Shown piece by piece: positions 29,501-39,400 of a stretch of DNA of 64,000 nt. The notes beneath the pieces are model-generated. The model searched no databases and had not been told where the DNA came from. It was given only the letters and a program-made list of their open reading frames with translations. A program made the translations under genes and the position numbers. The stretch's first letter is position 1, and each line of letters starts with the position of its first letter. Source of the stretch: Phoronis australis (lineage: Eukaryota > Animalia > Phoronida). The stretch lies in contig NMRA01000287.1 of NCBI GenBank assembly GCA_002633005.1, positions 256,457 through 320,456 on the forward strand, in the 5' to 3' direction.

Positions 29501-29701
29501 TCGTCAGTAGTTTATAAACTTGGAAGTGATGGTCGTTTCTATGAGCATGTGCAACTGAATGAAACCGAGTGCACAATGTGGCGGTCGTTCCACCGTCATG
29601 GCTATCTGTATCTCGCTCAGTTGAATAGTCGCACTAGCGGTTATGGTGATAGTGATGTACGTACGCGCGAGGGAACTTTAAATCTGTACAAGTGGACCTA
29701 A
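2986..29701 (+). CDS. Spliced gene (21 exons, ~1063 aa, 5' end not found): probable extracellular EAR/EPTP-repeat + 3x F5/8 type C (discoidin) + LamG-like protein
   Basis: Exons with AG/GT ends (one GC donor), phase-compatible and stop-free: 2986-3088, 4216-4327, 6127-6270, 6514-6647, 7037-7227, 7968-8112, 8354-8586, 13161-13256, 15780-15933, 16935-17143, 17748-17855, 18639-18780, 19094-19302, 20335-20442, 23349-23490, 24122-24274, 24506-24592, 24967-25036, 25737-25834, 26567-26665, 29247-29701. Total 3192 nt, divisible by 3. TAA at 29699-29701 and AATAAA at 29765. Confidence 0.88.
4216..8112 (+). CDS. Exons encoding EAR/EPTP repeats 1-4
   Basis: HQSISTKYDVKGLEHVTIRGDHYLIVANS...DVYRYD; SQELDTGDARSIETFVSNDDHFVLVTT...WLYKYD; FNLHQNITASG...VIYTW; FARSG..VPYSHGCVMFDEDGVTYGYFASN. 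These follow the EAR pattern F..Q.I.T....E.F.I.G..YL.VAN...IY.W. Confidence 0.8.
8354..23490 (+). CDS. Nine exons encoding three tandem F5/8 type C (discoidin) domains
   Basis: Each domain is a 3-exon module (phases 1-0-0-1) with PLGLES/ALGVED/AFGIRT starts, WLQVDL/YVQVDLG/ITIDLG, (A/T/L)QGR....QW/YV, FTGN.D/N, ARY(I/V)R and MR.E(V/I)(Y/F)G motifs. Confidence 0.92.
9100..12750 (-). mobile_element. Decayed Ty3/Gypsy LTR retrotransposon (gag-pol remnant) inside the first discoidin intron
   Basis: RT DSRDAFYSIQLDEES..TTFGTPYGRYMCLRMP (11153-11395); RNase H TLTCDAS...GKPVAFA..MTDAETR (10593-10799); integrase PWSIVATDIFEW..YIVTVDYYSGWYE (9676-9945). Many frameshifts; LTRs not resolved. Confidence 0.88.
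13424..15688 (-). mobile_element. Non-autonomous Kolobok transposon, copy A (THAP stub on -, KolX/P2X7-ballast-like stub on +)
   Basis: TIRs AGTAGAATGCCACC / GGTGGCATTCTCCT, flanked by TTAA / TCAA. THAP-like GISFFRL...KWL at 15347-15520. GYQFEPEY...WYQCANC..M...CLTGHPDF at 14654-14970. Confidence 0.8.
14075..14232. mobile_element. MITE nested in Kolobok copy A
   Basis: CAGTGGCG...GGATCCACCCCTG ends with GAAAC 5-bp TSD; the matching site in copy B is empty. Confidence 0.75.
20728..22309 (+). mobile_element. Non-autonomous Kolobok transposon, copy B (same family, inverted relative to A)
   Basis: TTAA|AGGAGAATGCCACC...GGCGGCATTCTCCT|TTAA; THAP stub IVPTC...GISFFRLP...KWL...LRVCGR at ~20898-21075; collinear reverse-complement similarity to copy A. 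Confidence 0.85.
22784..22836. repeat. (TG)n(CG)n microsatellite
   Basis: Direct read. Confidence 0.9.
23550..23605. repeat. (ATA)n(ATG)n microsatellite
   Basis: Direct read; explains the poly-I/M run in the ORF track. Confidence 0.9.
24122..26665 (+). CDS. Five exons encoding a LamG/concanavalin A-like domain
   Basis: VNFTGSSAIEV...YSLSMIFRTT...GLKNGKL...TPVADGFEHHAVFTF...FTFYLDGELE...KVYLG...MGEIRQVVYFDYVLSP, a typical LamG_3 pattern. Confidence 0.82.
27830..29160. mobile_element. Non-autonomous DNA transposon with ~160-bp TIRs (Academ-like)
   Basis: GTCAGGTTCCAATT...ATGCCGGGCTGGATTTTGCC..CATAACCCTCAAATCCAAAATGGCCGC is inverted at ~28990-29158; possible 3-bp ATA TSD. Confidence 0.75.
29247..29701 (+). 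CDS. Terminal exon encoding EAR/EPTP repeats 5-7
   Basis: ttgcag acceptor; WSTYQTLP...YMAVTDN...SIFKWN; YDYLETLP...IYYVTPQ...SVVYKL; FYEHVQL...YLYLAQLN...LNLYKWT*. Confidence 0.85.
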
Positions 29702-29764
29702 TAAGTGATATTTCTTTTGAAAAAGATACCTATAAAAACGACTCTCTCATCCAGTTTCTGAAGC

Positions 29765-29770
29765 AATAAA
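29765..29770 (+). promoter_or_regulatory. Polyadenylation signal of the + strand gene
   Basis: AATAAA about 64 nt after the stop codon. Confidence 0.6.
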
Positions 29771-30172
29771 TGTTCTGTAACCCTTGACAACCCTCAAAAG
29801 CTCGGAGGTATTAGAACACTCCTTTCAAATTCTGCTGAACGAAAAAGTATGACCTACGTTTTTACCAATTATAGAGAAACTGGGAAAAGACCACCCACCA
29901 AGGACCACAACCGCCAAGTTGATACATGTGGGGGGGGGGTTTGAGTTTTTATTTAATTATTTCCTTATACTTGCAGAATTGACGCCATTGGTTCATTAAT
30001 GCAGATGTCAGAACGAAGATTACTTGATACCAACAAAGGACTTCTTTTATGTTCATTAAAGGTATCTAATGATAGTAGAGCACTTAATTTAAACAATCGT
30101 TTGTTTGATGACTCGACCATAAATTTTTGACCGAAATATTTATTTGGTATTTCATTTTAAGAAGGAGATGTG

Positions 30173-30336
30173 TCACAAAATGATTGCTTTCGTATAATTG
30201 ACCAGGTTTAAACAAGTGCCCTTTTTCAAAAATCTTAGTGTAATCAAGGTGGTGACATATGAAACAGAAGCCCCAAGGGCAATAGAAATCAGAACAGAGT
30301 TATGTTTTACCCTACTGGCTGGAAGTTGACTTGAAT
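30173..30336 (-). CDS. Candidate terminal exon of the Ig gene (TM or GPI-signal-like)
   Basis: aatgcag acceptor, phase 1: [54 protein letters not shown]; minus-strand AATAAA at 30139-30144. Confidence 0.5.
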
Positions 30337-33300
30337 CTGCATTTTTGGAAGGGTGGTGCGTTTTAAAGGATAAGCCCGAGGGCACACTGCTGCTATGTAC
30401 TTGCGCCTTTTTATTTTATTGTTTTGCGCTAGTGGCGCAAAAGCGCAGTCCAGGAATATCCGTGAGTTCTAAGTACAGTGTACTGTTCAAATTTTCAAAG
30501 CGGATTTCAACTAAACATTCAGAAAAGCATTAAACAGAATGTCGTTTCGCAAATGGTTGGTATTTTGCGATTCGATCACCATGTATCCGGCCGTCTTCAC
30601 GTATTGCAGCCTTCTTGGACAAACGCGCCGGGTTCATGATAGGCCCTTGGACTACATTTTTCCGGGTAAACGGGATTTGAGCTCATTTGATCTTTGTATT
30701 GTCAGTCCAGCACTCTAAGCACTGGTTCATCTATTATCTTCGAAGGGAAATTGTTGTGCTTGTATGTTCCGTGTTACTGTACCTGAGGAGAGGTAGTCAC
30801 GTGTCGCTTGGTTAGTCGCTAGGCTGACTGAAGACACTGCCATGTATCGTCACGTGCACAGCTTGCTTGAGCTTAGTCTAGCCTATTAACTGTCATTACT
30901 TGTGACGACCAGGATCATTGGGAATATGCTGGTGCATTAATCCCTCCCCACAAGCAATTCCCGTAGCAGAAGAAGGCGTAGAACTCCAAGGCTGATGTCC
31001 GTTCGACGACACACAGATAAGGTTCTTGTTGCGACTTTTAGCACCACGGCCATATATGAGATCAACCTTGGGTAGTCGGATACCATCGTTGAATTCAACC
31101 AGTTGGGGAAAGGTCTGCCCTAAAATGCGTCTACGAGCAAGCAGCTCAACACCAGACGACTATAGGCAGAGGGTTGGTTAGTGGTGCATGAACCAGCAAC
31201 GTAATGTGCACGCTCATGAACCAAGACACCGGCGTGGCCAGGTACGAATGAGATCACAGTATGATGAGGGGAGTTTCTTCAAAAGATATCCCAGTTAAAT
31301 GGGAAATTTTCAGTCTACATCACTGTCGAGTATTCGGATATTATCCCAGCGCATGATTTGTTGCTTTGACCACATATGCTCTGCTACTCCGATATTTCGT
31401 GTGTTTCAATAATATAGCCTTCCAGTAGTATTAGAATTTCATCGATGTGCGATTCACCGCAATCACAAGGGATTTGATGGATGACGTTCTTCTTTCTCCC
31501 ATGCATGTCTTTGTAATTATTGTGGTCAGTCGTTGACCCAGGGTGTCTGAGCTACAGTACACCGTTATTATAGTCCTGGCGCATGCATCATGTTTTCAGA
31601 GATTCCAGGTATTTATGGACTTTCATTCTGTAAGATCCTTCATGATGTTGTTGGGGATTTGATAAATTCCTCTGGTTAACCATCCATTTTGAATTTTGCA
31701 CCTGCTTGTTAATTGGCCTCTAACTGTGATCACCAGCACATCAATGGACGGCAGGCTGTAGTTAGTCTCCACTTCCATAGCGCTGTGCTGTTTCGGTGTT
31801 AAAGGGATCGCTTGTAGAACTCGCGGTCTGCTGCAATAGTATATTTTGAACATGGTTGGCCTCTGGGAAGTTGGTGTAGTTTATGATATGGGAGACGTGG
31901 CCAAGGAAGATATTCCACGGTTTAAAACCACCAAGAATGTGACTTTATGGACTTGAAAATTGTATATTTGATCACCGGAAGTGTCAGTTCAGTGAGCACC
32001 CTCTGACACAACGTCAGCTGTACTGAAAAGTGGCTCTGTGGAAACATGATGAACGACATAGACTATTCCGTAAGTGGGCATCAAAGCGTATGCCTTGCTA
32101 GGAAGTATACCGATCACATCGCCACTTGCACACACCATTATGCACCGTAATCAGTGACTTAACCCAAACAAGGCTTGTATGGGGTCAAGTCACTGGATAA
32201 GGGTTCCTTTGATTTTGTTTATTTCGTCGACTTTCAATTTCTATAAATTGCAACTATTCAAGTGAAAGGTGGTCGCCATACTACGAAACAGTAAACTGAA
32301 AAGTGTTTCCCAGATTTCAACCAATGGGAATGAATGATTGTTATGACGTCAGATTCATTACTTTAACCAAAGAGAAACCATGTTAAACAACATTATGCCT
32401 TTCGTAACGCTGTGAAAGAATGCATTTAGTAAGTTGAAGCAATACCAGGGCCAGGCCTATAAACACTAAATGTATTTCCTGTCGGCTAAATCCATTGCCA
32501 TCACGGTAAGTAATATTAAGGGACGAATGGAAAACGTAAAAATACGGGTAAAAATTGCCGTCAATCGCAGAGGAGCCGTTATACTCGTGTCAGCGGGGAA
32601 AGAGGTACACAAGCAGAGATCATTAGGAAGCTCATAACCCTATTGAGACTGAGCCAGCGTGAGGTACACACAAGTGAGTTGCTAATTCAACACAGGTTTT
32701 TCGTGACTCATCAATAACGATTCCGAAATCTTTAGTCGGAATGAGGCATTTCTTAACATAGCGAATGATGGGTATTGTCTGCTGTTTCTTTTCTAGTTAT
32801 TTTCCGGCCATGTTAGTATATAAAAGTATCTGTAGTGGATCGACTCTGCAAGTGCATAGACAACCGTCGCGAGAGAGAACACATCGTGTTTCCAATACTA
32901 AAGCTGTTCACAAGAATGAGGGACGAAGACATTCGCCCATATGACAAGTGAATTGGTAAACAACATTATAATTGGCCAGCGGTCTTAGTCTTCCACAGCT
33001 GGGGTTGTTTTCATGACGTGACCTTACATTCTGATATATAAATAACTACGTTCAATATATCACCAGAGATGACCACTTTAACGTTATCCCTTACAATCTT
33101 CTTAAGCACACGTTCGTCACTCAGATTACAATTAGACATGCAGTTCTTCTACTACACGTTCGTAGTGGTTTTAGTTCTAGGTTCAGTGTCAACACTAGAG
33201 TCAATCCTTGATATAAAAGACCTAACATGGTCATCACCCCAAACATTTATTTTGTATACTAGACCTTGTTTGATGCGTTGAATATCAACGTTGAATGCCG

Positions 33301-36300
33301 GTCAATCAGATGATATCTTACGCGCCATCTTGAGGTAACTTGTCAAAACTGCTAGGTTGTAGCGTTCAGGGCATTCACTTTTATCGTGCAAAATGGCACC
33401 GATATCTGCACGTTTATGATTAACTGAAACTAATACTACGGATCAGGCGTCAAATCCAATAATGCAGCCGAGAAAATCTGTAGGTCTACCGTAACTTGAA
33501 CACTTTTTGATAGATTTTTTTAACAGTGATATATATTTATTGAAGGATACACAGAACATACAAAGAAATAATAACAAACCCAGAAACCGCGAAGCATTAT
33601 ATCTGGGTTGTAAACAATTCATAAATGAAACTCATATACATAGAAGAATATACAATTAAGTAGTATCTAAAATAAGTATTCCAATACTTAGACATGCTAT
33701 TACAGATATATAAAAACAAAAATATGTACAGATTCATGTAGGGAAATCAGATGCAACAATATTGATAAGCGGTGCATAAGGAATTCGTTGAGAAAGAAGA
33801 CAAGGTTAGGATTACCATTCAGTAATAATGTAACTCTAGTAGGGATATTATTACAAGAATTGAGAGCGTTAACAATTGATTGGTTATCATTGAGTGCACG
33901 AAAGAGTGAGTCTCTCAGGGATTCGATGAGGGGACATTTGAAGAAAATATGAGGATAAGATTGATGGTCACCACATTTACAGTTTGGAGAGACATTACTA
34001 AAGTTGTGCTTGAACTTATCAGAGTTGAGGAAAAGGCCACATCTTGATCTGTACAATGCTATTTCGTTATCGCGGGTAAGGGAGATTGAGTCAAGGGTGT
34101 TGAGTTATCAAAATTATGAAAAACAGTTATTATTATTTATACTCGTAAAAGTGTTGCTTTCTTTAACAGAGACTGGAAGAAAATTCCAGTTGTTGATGCA
34201 CATCATGACTGTAGACCTTTTGAATGCCTGACTGAACGGAGGAATTGCATATGGGGTGGAGGATCTCAAATAACTTCGATGGCCTTGTCTAGTATATAGG
34301 TCAAATATTTTTTTGACAGACTCGTTGTTGACATTGTTTATTACCTTAAAAGTAAATGTGGTCATGTGAAGATTGCGTCGAGTAGACAGCTTGGGCCACT
34401 TGAGACTATTCAAAACCGTAACACTATTGGATCCTCTGTAAGCTCCGGTTATGAGTAAGGCGGCTTGATATTGTAACTTCTCCAAATGTTGGAGTGCACC
34501 AGTATTGGCAGACTGATATATAACATCACAATAATCAATGTGTGGAAGTACAAAGGATTTGAACAAAACTTCTAAATGTGTAGAATTCAGATGACGAGAG
34601 ACAAGCTTAAGTGGGTTAATTAGTTCCTGAGTTTTCTGTACGAGCTCCCGAACGTGAGGGGTGAATGAGAGATTTTCATCTAACAGTATACCCAGATGTC
34701 TGTGCGACTGTTTTCTAGGAATGATTTCATCATTAAGTTTAAGTTCATAAGACGGGTCAACAAGGCAGAGAGCATTAATAGATTTGGAGAAGGTGAGGTC
34801 AACGCTTTTTTCTGGTTTAAAATTCATTCTCCATTCTTGTGACTAATAGCTTAGTTTATTTAAGTCCTGTTGAAGCTGCAAAGAACATTCAGGGCTGCTC
34901 CCTGCGAAGGGGTAAAAAAGCGCCGTGTCATCTGCATAAAGGTATGTGCTACAAGACAGGTTATCAGGAAGGTCATTAATATAAACCAAGAATAGAAGAG
35001 GGCCCAATACGCTACCCTGCGGTACACCTGCGTTTACAAATCCAGGAGGGGATAAATTTGAAAGTACGTCGTCGACACGAACACTGTATGTTCTTTCGGA
35101 GAGATATGAGGTGTTCATGTTTAAAAGATTACCAGTAATGCCATAGGATCGAAGTTTGTGAAGTAGAAGGTCGTGAGGGACACAATCGAAAGCAGAAGCT
35201 ATATCTAAAAAATGAACCTGACACTCTCGCCCTTCTCAAAATGTAAATGAATCTCATGTACTATTTCAACAAGTTGTGTCACGGTGCTGTTCCCACGCAA
35301 AAAACCAAATTGACGATAATAGACCAAATTGTTTTGTTTGAGAAATGTAAGAATACTTTGAGCAATGATTTGATAGATTCTACAGCACAGATGGAGGAGA
35401 CTGGGCAAAAGTTAACATTATGCAAGCGCAGCCAATACTCCGTACGTACCTTCGTTACATGTACATATAGAATGTATTAAGGGTCTGATATACGGAGCGA
35501 CTTTACGCAGTCTCTAGCTCCACAAAACCACGGTGACTAATGGTTTGCCAATCAAGCTTTATTTCAACTTTGATCGAAACATTTTGCAACGTTTGACGGA
35601 ATATCGCCATAAACAACAAACGACAAGAAATCATCTAGCACAAAATCTTAACAATAGGGTTTTAAGAGAAGTCAACATAACAGAAAAAATACACCATCAA
35701 CTATTTTTGAGTATTACCTGAACATTTGGAGGAATATCAACTAAGAGTAAATTAAAAAAAATGTTCTTAAAGCAAGGAACCATTGAACGTCATACAAACG
35801 GAAAATGTCAGACATGTTAAACCATCCGGTTCAAGAAAAAGCAATGTTAGGTTTTTGAAACAATGTGCAGCTTGATCACCTTGCTGAACAATTTATTTTC
35901 TGCCTTCGTGACGTTTGCTGTACTGTTACTCGGTGGGACTGTCCCAATGAAAATTGGAACAGAGGTTGGCTCTTGTGTATGAAGCATTAACCGGTGGTGG
36001 AGATAGTCGCCTTCGCAAGAAACGCTGTCCACAGTATGATTGTGCTTGGAATATTTTTGCATCCAGCTGACACTACAAGAAGGGGTCAAAGCCATGTACG
36101 TTTAATAATAAATTTTTGACAAACTATGGTTTGAATCAGACCAACATACATGTAAGGCTTACGTGTGCTTTGCCAAGTATGCTGTAAATTGTTCGCATGT
36201 CAGTACAGTAGGTGCGACGATGTTGTCTGATATGTTCAACGGCTTACTTAAATGTAACTGACCACCACTGTGTCAAGAACCGGAAAATGTTTATTGTTGT

Positions 36301-36432
36301 GCTCCGATGAACAATACAATACGAACATATACACATCCCCTTTACTTAAAACCTTTTTCAACTGAACCTCTAAAGTCCTAAGTTGTAAACAAGCCGTACT
36401 GTACTAAAAGTCTTTCCACTACCCTAGTAAAC

Positions 36433-36489
<57 letters not shown>

Positions 36490-39400
36490 AGTGAACTAGT
36501 GCGTCTTATAGTCTTCCAGATATTTGGGTGAGTTAACCACTCTTCCCGCCCGCGTTAGAATTCGAAACCTTTCTGGAGATTCTAGCGACGGTGACGGAGG
36601 TTCCGCTGTACTGGTGTCCCTAGTTGCTTGCCTATCCGATGGTACAGTTAACTCAGGAGTCGGGGCTTTGACAGGTTCGTGATACGGACGAAGGACGTGT
36701 CTGTAGCAACGAAGTAAGTCCTGACCGCACTCAACTGAATAAGACCTATTGGTCAGCTGCTTATGTACTTACGCATCTTTCCATTGTGCAAGACGAGAGC
36801 TAAAGTCCCTAGCTAGGACTGGTGTTCCTTCCTCAATGGGTTCAAGAGGCCTAGTGTTCTTGTTGTAAGACTTAGCTACTTGTTTTCTCCACTTCTCTTT
36901 TTCTATCCTGTTTCTTAGAGAACGGCCATCTATTTTCAACAACGACGGCAACGGTGTTCTCGTGGATCTTCCCAACAACCGCTCTATGGGGCTCGTTGAA
37001 AAGGTAGCTGTAGGAGTATTACGGTATTCTAGTAAGCCTAACTGGAGATCACTAGACCTCTTCAGTAATCTTTTCGCAATTTTGACCGCCGATTCTGCTT
37101 TTCCATTAGAGCGGTGGTGGTGCGGTGACGACGAAGAGTGATGGAAGCTCCACGCTTTGCTGAACTCAGCAAACTCTCTGGACATGAACTGGGCTGTATT
37201 GTCGCTTTGGAGGAAATGTGGAACTCCTAAACGCGCAAATACGCGTTTCAACGTGTTTACCGTGGTACTCACAGTAGTATTTTTCAGCTTTTCCAACTCT
37301 AGATAATCTGAATGATAGTCCCTAATGACCAAGTAATCAACACCCGCATGTGACAGAAGAACGAACCCAACTTTAATCCATGGCTGATCCGGGATCGAGT
37401 GTTGGAGTAGCTCAACTGCGGAGTTGCGTGGAGCATCTCTTTGACACGAGTTACTTTGTTAGATGATGCGATGTATGTCTTTAGTTATACCGGGTCAAAA
37501 GATTGTTCGTCGAGCTCGTCGCAGTGTTGAAGCTAGCCCCTGATGGCTGGCGTGTAGCAGACTCAACATGTGATTTCGCAAATATTTCGGAATCACAATC
37601 TGATTCCCCTTGATCACCAAACCGTGATGTATAGCCAGTTCGGAACGAACTGACCGAAATGGTGCCAAGTCATCAGTGCACTCTCGCCAATGCGAGAAGA
37701 AGCTTTGGCATAAGTTTTGAAGTTCTTCGTCGTCCTTTGTATGTTTGCGCACCCACTCTAGCATCGGATCTACAAGTGGTGGATCAGCGGTGATCGTGGC
37801 TTTTCAATGAAGGAAAAAACACGGTCGTAATTAATGTCTATCGCCGTCATTATACTCCAGCACCTTGTCGATACTAATTTCGTTCACCAACTTTTGATAC
37901 GCTTCTTGCAGGTCAGTTCCCCACACAAAACTAGCTTTCGGAGCTTGTAGAAGACGACGTAGTGGTTCGCACTCAGCCGATAAGTTCGGAATGAACTTAG
38001 ACATGTAATTATCATGTCCCAGGAATTAGTGTACTTGGTCACCATCTTTGGGTGGGGGCATTTCACGAATGGCCTTGACCTTCTCCGGATTCGGCTTGAC
38101 CCCCTTTGCGGTCAATACATGCCCAATATAGGGGAGTTCTTCCTTTGACACATTTCCTTCTGTTAAGTTTAAGACCAGACTCTCGAGCGCGCAGTAGCAG
38201 TAGCTTTAAATTTTGATCATGGTCCGCACGGTCACAACCATCAATAAGTATGTCGTCTGCAACGACCGTTACCCCCTTTAAGTCATGTAGAACCTGGGGA
38301 AGTCGCCTCTGAAATTCTTCTGGGGACGTCGAAAGACCGAAAGGCATTCGCAGCCATTTGTACTGCCCTCCTGGTCCCCAGAGTGTGGTAAGCTCCGCCG
38401 ACCTGTCACTAAGGCGTACTTGCAGAAATCCGCCGCGAGCATCACACAGAGAAGAATGTTTCGCTCCTGCGAGTTCAGGCAAAACATCTTCGATACAGGG
38501 CATAGTGAAATGGTTGCGTTTTAGAGCTGAATTCAGATTTTTGGGGTCTAGGCACAAACGTGTCTGACCGTTCGCTTTTCGGACCGGTTGGGCGTGACTG
38601 ATCCATTCGGTAGGATGGTCTATCTTAGTTATAATGCCGTGCTCCTCCAACTCGTTGAGTTTCTTTTGCACGTCGGCTTTCATAGACAAAGGAATTTTGC
38701 GAGGTTTAACCTGCACCGGTCGTACCTGCTCATCTAACTCTATGTGGTATTCCCCAGGAAGCGTCCCGAGGCAGGTAAACACGTCTGAGAATTCTTCCAG
38801 AAGGGTATCCAAATCTTCCTGAACTAGATTGACGCTTTCGCTCACTGTGACGAGACCATAGTCGACACACAATTTGCCCGATAGCAAACTGGGCTGTTTG
38901 GTATCTACCACCAAACACTGGAACTCTCGGTCACTCCCATTAACTGTAGTTCGCAGCTTGCACGCCCCCAACGGTTTTAGTTTCGTGTTATTGTACACTT
39001 CAATGGTATGCGGAGTTGGTATCAACGCTGGGCTTCCCAATGTTTTATAGTCGGCATAGGCTAGAGTGTTAGTAGTTGCTCCCAAATCCATTTTGAATTT
39101 TAAGCTCGTTTTGCCCTCGAGGCACTGTATGGGCAAGTGCGCAAACCATTTGCGACCACAACGGGATTGTGAAACATTAATCAGGTAGGCTTCCTCACCG
39201 GAGGGCGCAGAAAAATTTTCTGTGTCTGACTGGAGAAAATGATTCGCCTGATCATTACTTTGTTTTGCTCTGGGGCAGCAGGCGGCATAGTAGTTACGGC
39301 GGTTACAGTTGTGGCACGTTTTACCGTATGCCGGCAACGTCGGCATGATTAGTTGCACAATTGCCACACACTTGTGGCTGCTGAGTTGATGATCCTTTCT

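Noticed and set aside
33000-33330. ATGGCGC|gtaag as a first exon, and the hydrophobic + strand ORF 33069-33281
   Set aside because: No matching downstream exon; the minus frame has stops. Probably a decayed TE ORF.
36434-36490. Interstitial telomeric repeat
   Set aside because: The unit is the tetramer TAAC/GTTA, not TTAGGG or TTAGG.
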